A stretch of 64,000 nt of DNA from Acidobacteriota bacterium (GTDB lineage Bacteria; Acidobacteriota; UBA6911; RPQK01; JAJDTT01). Each line of letters starts with the position of its first letter. Position 1 is the stretch's first letter. A program made the translations under genes and the position numbers. Under the pieces are notes generated by a model. The model had not been told where the DNA came from. It searched no databases and saw nothing but the letters and a program-made list of their open reading frames with translations. Below, one piece after another: positions 9,635 to 20,045 of the stretch. Location of the stretch: contig CBDCMS010000004.1 of the NCBI GenBank assembly GCA_965219005.1, forward strand, positions 815,736 through 879,735, in the 5' to 3' direction.

Positions 9635-12600
9635 ATGTCCGGAACTCGCCTTCTGAACGTAATCTATAAGGGTCCAGCAGCTGGCAGAACGAACAGAGAT
9701 CGTTGGCGTGGGGCACGCCTGGGGATCATTCTCATCCTCTTTGTCGCAGTGGGCTTGTTTCCGGAAGTCGTCGTGGCCCAGAGTGCAATGGGCGAAATCG
9801 AAGGCCGGCCTGCACCTGTGAGCCGGCGCCAGTGTATCGGAGGGGCGAACGCGGGCAACCTCTGCAATCAGAACTCCGACTGTCCCGGTTCCTCTTGTCA
9901 GCCGACCAACATCTTCAACGTAACCGTGGCTGTCCGGTTCAATGCCAGCGCAGCTCAACTGACTCAGATCCAGAATGCCTTTTCGGGTGCCTCTCAGGTC
10001 CTGTTCGACGCCACCGATGGGCAGGCGCAATTCGGCCAGGTCTCGATCTTCAACAACTCCACTGGCAGCAACGGTCACTTCTGGATCAACAGCACCGGTG
10101 GCTGCTCCGCTGATACAGGTAGCTGGGGCAGCTACAGCGGCGGCAACGTCGATATTGGAATTGCTGCCGCGACGGGGGCCAACGGGCCTTCCTGTATCGC
10201 GCACGAGTTTGTGCATCTGACCTACGACGCGCGCGACGAGTACGAAGCCCGGGCAGCCGGTTGTGGCGCGCTTTCTGGAGGAGCAATGTGCCCGGATCCG
10301 ACCCAAGGACCGAACAGCACTGCCGCCGAGGCCTGTCTGATGGAGTGCTGTGGCCGGGTCGGCACCGAATTGTGTTGGGGGCAGGCGGCAGGCGACAATC
10401 TGGCTGCCGGTAACCACGACGCCACCAATGTCACCGAACAGCCGGTTTGCCGCTCAAACCGTTCCTGCTGGGATCAGGTTGGCTGGTCCTGGCCCAATAC
10501 TCATCTGGTGCCCGCTGGAGCCCCCGACCCTGGGACGGGGGGCCAGGTCCACACTCCGGTTGTCTTTCTGCAGCCGCCTTCCAACGCACGTCTGGTGATG
10601 GTGCTCGATCGTTCGGGTAGCATGTCGCTCGATTCGCCGACCCGGCTGGCGCAGCTTCAGACAGCGGCTCTCGACGTCGTGGATATAGCAGAGAATGGCG
10701 TGGAGTTGGGCATTGTGTCTTTTGCCACGACGGCTAGTGACGACAAGACCATCATGGCGCTGGGGGCGAACCGCAACGCCTGGACGACTCCAGTCAACAA
10801 TCTGACTGCGGTCGGTGCCACCAACATCGGCGACGGACTGCAGCACGCCTACGACATGATCATTGCCGCCGCCGGCGTAACCGGCAGCACCGGGGTCATC
10901 TTGATGACCGATGGCGTCAATAATCGGCCTTCAGGCATGGCAGCGACCGACTTGCAGAGTAAGATCGATTTGCTGTTGATGAACAACATTCCGGTCTGGG
11001 TGACCTGTACCGGTGACGATCTGGGACTCGATTCCCAGTGTGCCGAGATCGCCTCCGGGACCAACGGAAGCTATGTCGACTCCTCCGATTCGGCTGAGGT
11101 CCCAGAGAGGTTTGTGGGCTTCTACGAGCAGATCGCTGGTCGATCACCCACCAAGAGCGTGCGCGGTGATGCCAAGGGCACGGAGCAGCCCCTGCAGTTC
11201 CTGGTGGAGAAGGGAGCCCGCGTAGCCACGTTTACGGTGCAGTGGACAGCTCCCAACGCGGAGGCAGTGGTTCTAGTGCTTGACCCCTCGGGGCAGACCC
11301 TCCAGACCCTCGACATCAAACAAGGCCGCTACTTGCGGGTAATGAAACCGTCTCCGGGGATCTGGAACGTCCGAATCGACTTTATCGGTAACTTTCCGGC
11401 GGATGAGGAATATGTGGTCAAGACCTATGTGGACAATCCCCAGGTCAATGCTCTGGCGGCGCTGCGTCAGCCCGTCATCCAACCCGGGGAAACCTTCGAG
11501 ATTTGCTCACGGCCACTCCTGGAGGTTCCGCTGAACGGCCTCACCATTTCTGGGCACGTCCAGACTCCCAGCGGCAATCTTATCCCCATCTTCCTCTTCG
11601 ATGACGGTGGCCTCCAGTCGTCCAGCCTGGACGAGATAGCCGAAGACGGCAAGTACTGTGCAACCTTCAAGGATACCGACGAACGAGGAGCCTACATCTT
11701 TCACCTGGACGTCGTTGCGAACGGGGCAAAGGCGGTCGAACATGAGCATCCCGGCATCGAGTTCATTGCACCCGAAGTAGTGGATTTCGAACGCTTGATC
11801 GAACTTTCCGGAACCGTCGTCGATCGTCCCCGAAAGCAGTCCACGGAACTGTGGAATTTTGAGGGGAAAGCCTTGGGTGGAAGAATAGCCGCTACCATCA
11901 ACGGCTGTTTGGTCGCTATCAGCACTGAACCTGGACAATCGGCCCAGGAAGTCGCGGCGAAGTTTGCCGCTGCTATCAATGAGAATGAGTGTCTAAAGGC
12001 TCAGGGCATCACGGCGACGGCGACGGGTGGAATCGTTTCTGTCTCCGGACTGGACGTTGACGTCACTGACACCATCATCACGGACCAGGGGATCAGACAT
12101 GAGACGATCCCGACCTTGCCGGTTCAAGACTTCGCAACCGCGGTACGGGGCGACAACAGTCTGACTGAAGTGGTCTTCGTGCAGGGTGCAGATACGCTTC
12201 CGAAGACCGCTGCTTCGGCGGTGTTCCGGTCGCAGCAGGGAGAGGCCCTGGATGCCAAGTCGGTAGAGCTGACTCCGAACTCCACCTCCTCGGTGCTTTT
12301 CAAGAGTGAGAGGGGTCTTGAGGTTGGACACGTCGAGACGGTGGTGAGTCCGGGAGTGGTCGCGTCGGAGATCATTCGCCTTTCAATCCCCGGCGTCGGA
12401 GAGCTCCCTCCAATTGGAGTTCCACCTTCTCCGCCCTGCGAGAAGCCGGTCGTCGCACTGAAAAAGAACGCTGAGCTCGACACCGGAGTGGCCCTTGCCA
12501 ACACGACCGGGGAGAACGCCTCCTGTGATTGGGCGATCTATTCCGGCACCGAGGGGTCTCTGGTCGGAATGGGAACCACGGCGGTTCCTGCCTTGGGGCA

Positions 12601-12805
12601 GACTCAGTTCTTCCCCCTCAGCGACCCGTCGCTGCCTAAGCTCTCGCTACCATTCGAGGGAAATGTCCAATATGAGTGCAGCGTGCCGGTTCATCCATTC
12701 TCCCTCTTCCAGAGACAGGAGGACGGAGCTCTCTTCTCGAACGCAGCAGGCTGTCTCGACGAATCGCCGGCTCCGAATAACCTGACAGGAGGAGGCGCGA
12801 ACTAG
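9635..12805 (+). CDS. CLCA-like exported protein: zincin domain, Cys-rich region, VWA, beta-sandwich domains
   Basis: RBS AAGGAGG before ATG 9635; signal peptide; AHEFVHLTYDARDEY; MIDAS DRSGSM...GATNIGDGL...LMTDG; LFDDGG...AEDGKY motif. Confidence 0.85.
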   Translation: MSGTRLLNVIYKGPAAGRTNRDRWRGARLGIILILFVAVGLFPEVVVAQSAMGEIEGRPAPVSRRQCIGGANAGNLCNQNSDCPGSSCQPTNIFNVTVAVRFNASAAQLTQIQNAFSGASQVLFDATDGQAQFGQVSIFNNSTGSNGHFWINSTGGCSADTGSWGSYSGGNVDIGIAAATGANGPSCIAHEFVHLTYDARDEYEARAAGCGALSGGAMCPDPTQGPNSTAAEACLMECCGRVGTELCWGQAAGDNLAAGNHDATNVTEQPVCRSNRSCWDQVGWSWPNTHLVPAGAPDPGTGGQVHTPVVFLQPPSNARLVMVLDRSGSMSLDSPTRLAQLQTAALDVVDIAENGVELGIVSFATTASDDKTIMALGANRNAWTTPVNNLTAVGATNIGDGLQHAYDMIIAAAGVTGSTGVILMTDGVNNRPSGMAATDLQSKIDLLLMNNIPVWVTCTGDDLGLDSQCAEIASGTNGSYVDSSDSAEVPERFVGFYEQIAGRSPTKSVRGDAKGTEQPLQFLVEKGARVATFTVQWTAPNAEAVVLVLDPSGQTLQTLDIKQGRYLRVMKPSPGIWNVRIDFIGNFPADEEYVVKTYVDNPQVNALAALRQPVIQPGETFEICSRPLLEVPLNGLTISGHVQTPSGNLIPIFLFDDGGLQSSSLDEIAEDGKYCATFKDTDERGAYIFHLDVVANGAKAVEHEHPGIEFIAPEVVDFERLIELSGTVVDRPRKQSTELWNFEGKALGGRIAATINGCLVAISTEPGQSAQEVAAKFAAAINENECLKAQGITATATGGIVSVSGLDVDVTDTIITDQGIRHETIPTLPVQDFATAVRGDNSLTEVVFVQGADTLPKTAASAVFRSQQGEALDAKSVELTPNSTSSVLFKSERGLEVGHVETVVSPGVVASEIIRLSIPGVGELPPIGVPPSPPCEKPVVALKKNAELDTGVALANTTGENASCDWAIYSGTEGSLVGMGTTAVPALGQTQFFPLSDPSLPKLSLPFEGNVQYECSVPVHPFSLFQRQEDGALFSNAAGCLDESPAPNNLTGGGAN

Positions 12806-12821
12806 ATTTCAGATGGTCTGC

Positions 12822-14057
12822 CTATAGGTAGGTGTTGAACCACTCATTGATTCTGAGCTCGACCTCCGATGGGATACTGTGTCCTTGACCGTGATTGAGA
12901 AGTCCGAGCCTGGCTGGGTCGCCGTAGAGCCGATAGGCTGGCATCGCAGCGTGGATGAAGGGGGAGCTCTTGACACCGTCTGTGCCTTCACCGGCTAGCA
13001 GCAGAAAGGGGCGAGGAGCGATCAGGGCCATCACTTCCTGGTGGTCGTGACCGAACTGTTTGATCCCGGGGCCCAGGTACCAGGAGGCGTACCAGTTGGA
13101 AAAGTGAGCTCCAATTCCAGGTTCACTGGAGATGGCAGCACGGACCCGCTCATCGAAGGCCGCCAGATAGAAAGATTCTTTGGCGCCTAGAGAGTGTCCG
13201 AAGGCTCCTAAACGGCTGCTGTCCACTTCGTCCACCTGCTCCAGGACGTCCAGACCGCGTTGGGCGTCGAAAAGCATCTTGGCCATCCCCGTGGAGTTGG
13301 GATGCCGCACCTGGAATTGGTGGACTCGGACTTCCCAGGCATGACGAACCCAATTACTCGGTGGCTTGAACCAATGTGGGTCGTTCTGGCTTCCGGGATG
13401 CTGTTCCTGGCAGGAGGAGGGCAGCGCGCCTTCGTCGACATCCTCCCACAAAAAGCAGGCGGGAGAGAACGTCACGAAACCCTGCTGGGCCAGCTTGAGG
13501 CCGAGGGCCAGCTGGTTTTTCCCTTCCACTCCCGCCGGCTGTCGAATGGTGTTATGCGTGGTCGCGTGGAGGACCACGATGCCGGGGGCTTTTCCGGATA
13601 GCTTCCTGGGTTTGATCAGGTAGCCGCGGACCCTGCGGCCAGGCTCGCCCTCGTACTCTACCAGTTGACGAATAACCCCAGGGGGCGACTGGACCGGACC
13701 CGTGCCATTGCTGGCGGGTTGTTCGGTGATGAACTCCAGCCGGGGAGGGTTGGGATTCTGGGGTAAGGGACCCAGGTAATCCAGCCAGGAGCGTCGTATC
13801 TCGTCGCGGCGTTGACGCCAGGCGTGGAGAGATCCAACCAGGGTCCCGTCTTCCCTCGCCAAGGCAGAGGCAAGAGGCGTTTGTCCTTCCATACTCGGAC
13901 GCTGCACCTGGGCCAGCCAGGGGACGTTCCGGGCATGCGACTGACCTCGGGCAGAGAAGGTGGATGCCGCCGCCGCACCCAGCGAGGCCACCAGACACTC
14001 CCGACGAGAAAGGACTCGACCAGATTTAGGATAGCTACGAGACGTGGATTGTTTCAT
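12822..14057 (-). CDS. Alpha/beta hydrolase (dienelactone hydrolase-like), probably Tat-exported
   Basis: SRRECL twin-arginine-like signal, nucleophile elbow GAFGHSLGAK, C-terminal H..GH. Confidence 0.85.
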   Translation of the reverse strand: MKQSTSRSYPKSGRVLSRRECLVASLGAAAASTFSARGQSHARNVPWLAQVQRPSMEGQTPLASALAREDGTLVGSLHAWRQRRDEIRRSWLDYLGPLPQNPNPPRLEFITEQPASNGTGPVQSPPGVIRQLVEYEGEPGRRVRGYLIKPRKLSGKAPGIVVLHATTHNTIRQPAGVEGKNQLALGLKLAQQGFVTFSPACFLWEDVDEGALPSSCQEQHPGSQNDPHWFKPPSNWVRHAWEVRVHQFQVRHPNSTGMAKMLFDAQRGLDVLEQVDEVDSSRLGAFGHSLGAKESFYLAAFDERVRAAISSEPGIGAHFSNWYASWYLGPGIKQFGHDHQEVMALIAPRPFLLLAGEGTDGVKSSPFIHAAMPAYRLYGDPARLGLLNHGQGHSIPSEVELRINEWFNTYL

Positions 14058-14292
14058 TTGATTCAGAGTACGGATCTAGGGATCTAGAAACAAGCCTGAG
14101 GTGCGGATCTCGGCGTGCTTCGCTGGAACCACGACCTATCGAAGCATCGTTTATCTGTCTCCTTGCAAGCACCCGGGAGTCCCAGTAGACTCCGAAGACG
14201 GTTCATTTTTTGCCGGTCTTTTATCCCTGATCGGGTGGTCAGGTCCTGTTGGCCTCTTGTGATCGGGCCTTTGGCGCCTCGGGAGAAGGAAC

Positions 14293-16170
14293 ATGAGAGA
14301 GAGAATTATCTTGTCAGCTCTAGTGATGGTGGTGGTCCTCGTGATCGGGATGGGCTCACCTGACGGCCTCCTTTGGGCTGGGAAGGGAACCCGCACCGCG
14401 GTTCGGGGACTGCGTGGAGCTGTGACGGCCGGGCACCCTCTGGTGGCAGATGTGGGGATGGAGATCTTCAAGCGGGGGGGCAACGCCGTGGATTCTGGCG
14501 TGGCCATGTTGCTAGCGGCCTCTGTTGTTGAGTTCAACTCCTTCGGGTTCGGAGGGGAGATGCCGACTCTCATCTACTCGCCCCGAGAACGGCGTGTGGT
14601 AGCCGTCAACGGCAATACCCGGGCTCCCAAGGCGGCCAGCATCGGCTGGTTTCGGGAGCAGGGATACACGCTCATCCCGGCGGATGGATTCATGCCGGCG
14701 GGTGTGTGCGCAGTGCCAGCAGCCATTGTGCTCAGTCTGGAGCGCTATGGTACGCTTTCCTTCTCTGAGATTGTCCAGGGTGCCATTCGGTTGGCAGAGG
14801 GATTCCCTGTGGACGCACGCTGGCGAAAGTACGTCGGGAGGAAGGAAACGGCGAAGTATCGGGGACCCAAGACCTTCCGTACGGAGTGGCCCAGTTCGGC
14901 CGCCGTGCTGCTCCACGACGGCAGGGTGCCGGGAGTGGGAGAGGTCACTCGCAACCCGGACCTGGCCGGCACCTTTCGACGCCTGGCGAAAGCGGAGAAG
15001 GACATCTTGAAGAAAGGCGGTGACCGGAAATCGGCACTCAGGGCGGTTCACGACTATTTCTACAAAGGCCCAATCGCCCAGGAGTTGGTCGAGTTTTCCC
15101 AGGGGTTCAAGGTTCGTGACGGTGAGGACGGCTACCATCACGGCCTTCTGACAATCGAGGATTTCGCCGATTACGAGGCCAGGATCCAGGAGCCCTGGAG
15201 CATCGACTACCGGGGCTATCAGGTCTACAAGTGCGGACCCTGGACCCAGGGGCCTGTATTCCTCCAGCAACTCGCCTTGCTGGAAGGCTACGATCTTGCC
15301 TCCCTGGGACACAACAGCGCCGACTACCTGCACCTCTGGCTGGAGACGGCCAAACTGGCTCACGCCGATAAGGAGAAGTACTACGGCGATCCCGACTTCG
15401 TGTATGTTCCGCGCCAGGGTCTACTGTCCAAGGGGTACGCCAAGTTGAGGAGGCAGCTCCTCGATTGGACGAAAGCCTCCCTGGATCTGCGTCCAGGAGA
15501 TCCTTTCCCCTTTGATGCCCATCCCGAGAAACGGCCGTCCAATCTGAGTCTGGCTCCTGTCGAGCCCGGGTTGAAAGATGACGGTACCACCGGCGTCCGT
15601 GCGGTGGACTCTCACGGGACCATCTTCTCCTCTACACCCAGCGGCGGGTGGCCAGCCTCCTCACCTATTGTCCCGGGACTGGGCTTCTGCCTTGGCAGCC
15701 GAGTCCAGATGTTCTATCTGGAGGAGGGACTGGCCAAGTCCCTGGCCCCGGGCAAACAGCCTTCCACCAGCCTCACCCCTAGCCTGGTCATGAAGGACGG
15801 TCGCCCCTGGATGGGTTTCGGCATGCCGGGAGGAGATCAACAGGATCAGGGAACGCTTCAGTTCTTCCTGAACGTGGTGGACTTCGACATGCGATTGCAG
15901 GACGCGCTGGATGCCCCCAAGGTCTGGACCAAGCATTTTCCCGGTCTCTTCTATCCCCACAAGGCGGACCCCGGCCGAGCCTTCCTGGAAGGGCGACTCG
16001 CCAACCTGGAGGAGATCGCTGTTGATCTGCGCCAACGGGGTCACAAGATCACGGTGGCCAATCCCTGGAGTGGCGACAACACCATGGTGGTGATGATTGA
16101 TCCCAGGACGGGCACCCTGGTGGCGGCAACCAATCCACGCATGGAGGGCAGCACGGCGCTCGCCTGGTAG
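14293..16170 (+). CDS. ggt: Gamma-glutamyltransferase family protein
   Basis: GGNAVDSGVA, GFGGE, autoproteolytic GTT..AVD nucleophile region, PGKQP..SLTP, GMPGGDQQ. Confidence 0.92.
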   Translation: MRERIILSALVMVVVLVIGMGSPDGLLWAGKGTRTAVRGLRGAVTAGHPLVADVGMEIFKRGGNAVDSGVAMLLAASVVEFNSFGFGGEMPTLIYSPRERRVVAVNGNTRAPKAASIGWFREQGYTLIPADGFMPAGVCAVPAAIVLSLERYGTLSFSEIVQGAIRLAEGFPVDARWRKYVGRKETAKYRGPKTFRTEWPSSAAVLLHDGRVPGVGEVTRNPDLAGTFRRLAKAEKDILKKGGDRKSALRAVHDYFYKGPIAQELVEFSQGFKVRDGEDGYHHGLLTIEDFADYEARIQEPWSIDYRGYQVYKCGPWTQGPVFLQQLALLEGYDLASLGHNSADYLHLWLETAKLAHADKEKYYGDPDFVYVPRQGLLSKGYAKLRRQLLDWTKASLDLRPGDPFPFDAHPEKRPSNLSLAPVEPGLKDDGTTGVRAVDSHGTIFSSTPSGGWPASSPIVPGLGFCLGSRVQMFYLEEGLAKSLAPGKQPSTSLTPSLVMKDGRPWMGFGMPGGDQQDQGTLQFFLNVVDFDMRLQDALDAPKVWTKHFPGLFYPHKADPGRAFLEGRLANLEEIAVDLRQRGHKITVANPWSGDNTMVVMIDPRTGTLVAATNPRMEGSTALAW

Positions 16171-16226
16171 GAGGAACCCCCTATTCTCGGGGCTTCGCTT
16201 GGAGTGTCAAGGTTGGGGAGACTGCA

Positions 16227-16292
16227 CTGTTGTCCGACTCTCTCCTCGGAACGTGGGCTCATGTTGCAGACGAGTAAAGTCGTTCGCGGCTC
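16227..16292. repeat. Dispersed modular repeat, copy C (core only)
   Basis: CTGTTGTCCGACTCTCTCCTCGGAACGTGGGCTCATGTTG...AAGTCGTTCGCGGCTC matches the cores in copies A and D. Confidence 0.7.
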
Positions 16293-16467
16293 CGTGGACT
16301 TGGTTTGCTTTCCGGCAGTTCTGGTCTTTGTCGTTCTCTTTGACCGCAAACGATCGCGCCGTTGCCCTTGGCTTAGACCATAGGGTCATGCGGCTTTGGT
16401 ACGATCTGCGGAATCGTCCTGGTCCAGGCGCTGGGATTTCGCACCTACTCAGATCCGGAGGCTATCA

Positions 16468-17202
16468 ATGGAGTCGAATAGTGGGGAAAGAGCTGTAAGA
16501 TTCGGAGAGTGGACTGCTGGCTGCTACAACATTGCCAAGATCGTTGCTCTGTTGGGCGCGGCACTCTGGACCTTGTTCGAGTGGAACGTTTCGATCTTCC
16601 CCAGAGAGTCGCACCAGGATTTCTTGCGGAAGGCCCAGAAGAGAACCGACCTCGCAGTGAAGATGGGCACGATTAGGCCCGAGCGCCTGGATCGACCGGC
16701 AGGGCAATCCGGGTCTGAATCGGGTGCACGGCACGATCTACTGATTCAGGGCGAGTGCACTTTTACCAATGAAAGAGATTTTCCGATCGCTCTGCAGTCG
16801 AAAGCTCTGGTCTTGAGATTTGCTACGGGTATCGAGGAGCTTGCTGCTCCAGACATGGGGGAAACCACGGGGTTTGCGCCCTTTCAGATCAACTGGTCGC
16901 GAGACCACAAGGTCGAGACGGAGGCGGCGTTTGGTCCCGTCAACGAAGGCGAAGGAGCGTCGATTCTTGAACAGGGTGGGATGAATGTCGTTCCCTTTTT
17001 TGCGCCTGTGTCAGTCCTCTGGCAACCCTCTGAGCAACAGAGGCTAGTGGAGCTGGACCTCGAGTTCTACGTCTACGGTGTCCATCCGGAGACCAGCGAA
17101 GAGATTGAAGGTTCCCGACAGGTCAAACGTATTGCCCACCGAATGCTGCTCAAGCGGATCGGCCAGAGTCGGACGATAGGTCGGACTTCCCGCCGGCGCT
17201 AG
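16468..17202 (+). CDS. Hypothetical membrane-anchored protein
   Basis: ATG preceded by GGAGG; one N-terminal TM helix (IVALLGAALWTLFEW); no recognised family. Confidence 0.6.
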   Translation: MESNSGERAVRFGEWTAGCYNIAKIVALLGAALWTLFEWNVSIFPRESHQDFLRKAQKRTDLAVKMGTIRPERLDRPAGQSGSESGARHDLLIQGECTFTNERDFPIALQSKALVLRFATGIEELAAPDMGETTGFAPFQINWSRDHKVETEAAFGPVNEGEGASILEQGGMNVVPFFAPVSVLWQPSEQQRLVELDLEFYVYGVHPETSEEIEGSRQVKRIAHRMLLKRIGQSRTIGRTSRRR

Positions 17203-17374
17203 GGCTGGTATCCAGCCTTGTCGACGACGTTCTTCAAGGGTAGGATCAAAGCTGTCGGCCTTGATGTGGTTCGGACGAGGGCGCGACTGGAGGCGTTGGA
17301 GTTGTGGGTTAATCCTTAATTTGCGGGCGCACGAGCATTCTCAATCGAGGACCCCGTTTTCCGGAGGTAGAATC

Positions 17375-17782
17375 ATGAAGGCGCTAGAACATGCAGCGAT
17401 TATCGCAGACGACCCTGAGGCCCTGGTTGACTGGTATTGCACCACTCTGGGTTTTGAATTGATCACCAAGGGTGATCTGGTTCTCGATGGCAATCAGCTC
17501 ACCTACCATTTTCTGGGCTTGCCTGGAGGAGCACTGCTCGAGGTCCTTCCTTCGAACAAGAAATCCCGCTCCAAGAAGGCCCCCGACGACGCAGGGATTC
17601 GGCACCTGGCTTTTCTGGTTGAGGACTTTGAAGCGTCTTGCCAGTCGCTTCGGGAAAAGGGACTGGATCTCGGCACTGAGCGGGAGTTGCCCGACGGGAC
17701 CAAGCTGGTGTTCTTCCCTGATCCAGAGGGAAACCTATTGCAGCTGGTCTATCGCACCAAGGTTCTTCGTCCCTGGCTGTAG
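17375..17782 (+). CDS. VOC family (glyoxalase-like) protein
   Basis: LEHAAI...WYCTTLGF, LLEV, GIRHLAFLVED, FFPDPEGNLLQL; GGAGG RBS. Confidence 0.9.
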   Translation: MKALEHAAIIADDPEALVDWYCTTLGFELITKGDLVLDGNQLTYHFLGLPGGALLEVLPSNKKSRSKKAPDDAGIRHLAFLVEDFEASCQSLREKGLDLGTERELPDGTKLVFFPDPEGNLLQLVYRTKVLRPWL

Positions 17783-17822
17783 GGAACTTGACCGGGGATC
17801 GGTGGCGCTGGCCCGATAGAAG

Positions 17823-18851
17823 TCAGCGCGCTCTCCAGTAGCGGTAGTGAGCCAATCCCACGAGGGCATTGCAAGTAGTGTTCAGGCGGAGCTCCAGTGA
17901 TTGTTCGTTGCCGTCCCCTCCCACCGCATCACCCCACCACTGTCCGTCGGGCTGCTGGTGTTGGAGGATGTAGGAGGCAATTTGCCTTGCCGCCACCCGA
18001 TAGGGTTCATCGGGTGCCACCTGGTACAACTCGGCCAGGCCCCAGAGGAACTTGTGGGCTTCGACACAGCTGTAGATCCCTTCGGCCCCGGTCAAGATAG
18101 TGTTCGTGTATTGCCGGGCAGCCTCGAGGTACTTGTTCTCCCTGGTCAGGCGGTAGAGCTTGACCAGGAACACCTGAACTGGTCCCAGGCGGGCAGGGCG
18201 CTGTTTGATTCCCCCTCGATCCACGTAGTCCCGGCTTGTCTGCTGTAGCAGCAGCTGACGGGTTCCATCTGATTTGTATTCGAGGGCCAGATAAATCCCG
18301 CTCTCGCGGTCAGGTTGCATCTCCAACAGGGCGATCAAGAAATCCGCAGTTCGCCGTGCCGCGGTCACGTGACCCGTGGCCAGTAGCCCGAGTCCCGCGA
18401 ATCCAGCGGTCATTGCATGCTCGACGCTATTACCACTATCGAGCGCGGCCTTGGTGTCCCGGAGTCCACCCGTGTCCGGATTCTGATGGGTAAGGATGTC
18501 TTGGGCCAGCGGAAGGGCAATATCATATCGGCCGCACATCTCGGCACCCCACACCAGCCAGCCGCGATCGTAGGTATTGGTCCATCGGGACGCTTCCTGC
18601 TCTGCCGGGATTTCCAGCTGACCACGGTCTCCCAGGAATCGGGAGGCGATCCAGTCCAGGCTGGAGAACGCCGACTGGAACGCGCCATTGATGGCGAGAC
18701 TCGCTGGAACCTTGTAGTAGAGCCCAGCCTGGTCCGAAGCGAGAATGCTGCCCCGCTCATCCATCATAGATTCGATCCAGCGGCAGCCTCTGTCGAGGCT
18801 CTCAGCCAACTGCTGCTCGCCAGGGGTCTCGTTCGGTTCTGTCACGGACAT
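17823..18851 (-). CDS. Hypothetical (alpha/alpha)6-barrel protein
   Basis: QxxDG-like repeats (QNPDTGG, QQPDGQW) and helical periodicity; GGAGGGG RBS upstream of ATG 18851. Confidence 0.7.
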   Translation of the reverse strand: MSVTEPNETPGEQQLAESLDRGCRWIESMMDERGSILASDQAGLYYKVPASLAINGAFQSAFSSLDWIASRFLGDRGQLEIPAEQEASRWTNTYDRGWLVWGAEMCGRYDIALPLAQDILTHQNPDTGGLRDTKAALDSGNSVEHAMTAGFAGLGLLATGHVTAARRTADFLIALLEMQPDRESGIYLALEYKSDGTRQLLLQQTSRDYVDRGGIKQRPARLGPVQVFLVKLYRLTRENKYLEAARQYTNTILTGAEGIYSCVEAHKFLWGLAELYQVAPDEPYRVAARQIASYILQHQQPDGQWWGDAVGGDGNEQSLELRLNTTCNALVGLAHYRYWRAR

Positions 18852-18879
18852 GGAGCCCCTCCGCTTTGATTGGTCATGG

Positions 18880-19839
18880 CTAATAGGAGAGTGCACTGAT
18901 TCGCCACGGGGCTACCCGAACGGGAATTGTCCTTGGCATTGTTGCCTCAAGGTAACGCGGATAATCCTCTCTGGGCGGACTTTGTGGGGCTGCCTCCAGC
19001 TCCAGCAGACGCTGAATTCGCTCCTCGGTCTCGGGGTGCGTGCGAAACAGAGACAGGGACGGTACTCGGTGTCCAACTGGGAAGATCCGTTGTAGCCATC
19101 CTTTTTGGATGCGTTCCATTTTCGCCAATGCTCTTGCCAAACCGCGTGGATTGCCTGTCAAGCGGGCGGCGTCCAGGTCGGCTTCAAACTCTCGGGTTCG
19201 AGAGAGTGCCAGTTGCAGGAGCGCGCTGGCTGTCGGCGCGCTGATCAGGAGCAAGACGAGCAGCCAGGGGAACTGGTACGCATCCATCATCAACATGGGA
19301 AGATTGAATAGCAGCATAAGCTGTCCAATCCAGGAAAGAGTCCCTGTCACCCGGCTGACCCCGTCGGCGAGCCCCATGACCCAGAGGTCGTTGTTGCGAA
19401 TGTGGCTGACTTCGTGGGCGAGAACACCGGCCAACTCCTCCTGGTTGAGAGTCCGGAGGAGGCCATCGGTGAGGCCCAGGGCGGCATCATTGCGCCCCCC
19501 GACAGCGAACGCATTGACCACTCGGCTGGGTACATAGTAGAGGTTGGGCAAACCAGGCAGTTGTGCTCGTTTAGCCAGAGTGCTTACGATACGGAACAAG
19601 CCGGGGGCTTCATAGGGCGAAAGCGGGCGGGCCTGATGCAGACGAAGGACTAGTCTCGGCGAAACCTTTGGCCCGAGTAGGAGAAAGAGCGATCCCAGTA
19701 GCATCAGCCACAGCAGTCCATCGCTGCCAGTCAGAGACCACCCCATCGCTGCCAGCAACCCCAGCATCCCCGTAACCAACAGGACCGACTGCAAGAAATT
19801 GGCGACTTTCCGTTTCACAACTCGTTCTCTGCGAATCAT
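18880..19839 (-). CDS. htpX: M48 family zinc metalloprotease (HtpX-like)
   Basis: NAFAVG, LAHEVSHIRNND (HExxH), SRTREFEAD, THP; N-terminal TM helices. Confidence 0.88.
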   Translation of the reverse strand: MIRRERVVKRKVANFLQSVLLVTGMLGLLAAMGWSLTGSDGLLWLMLLGSLFLLLGPKVSPRLVLRLHQARPLSPYEAPGLFRIVSTLAKRAQLPGLPNLYYVPSRVVNAFAVGGRNDAALGLTDGLLRTLNQEELAGVLAHEVSHIRNNDLWVMGLADGVSRVTGTLSWIGQLMLLFNLPMLMMDAYQFPWLLVLLLISAPTASALLQLALSRTREFEADLDAARLTGNPRGLARALAKMERIQKGWLQRIFPVGHRVPSLSLFRTHPETEERIQRLLELEAAPQSPPREDYPRYLEATMPRTIPVRVAPWRISALSY

Positions 19840-20045
19840 GGACCTCTCCTTCGATCCTTCGGTTTAGACGATTCTTGCGGGACCCTTACTATTTAAGATC
19901 TGATCGGTTCGGTTCCAAGTCAGCAGCCAAACTTTCTCGAAACTCGCCAATCGGTGGCACCGCACAGATGTACTCTGTCCCCAATTCCCGAGACCCGGTC
20001 GCTGACTTGGTGGAGTCGGCGTCTTTCGCTACGAGCTTAGTGTAC

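Noticed and set aside
17823-18851. LanC-like lanthipeptide cyclase
   Set aside because: Zinc-ligand motifs (WCxG, CHG) were not found, and there is no precursor or dehydratase gene.
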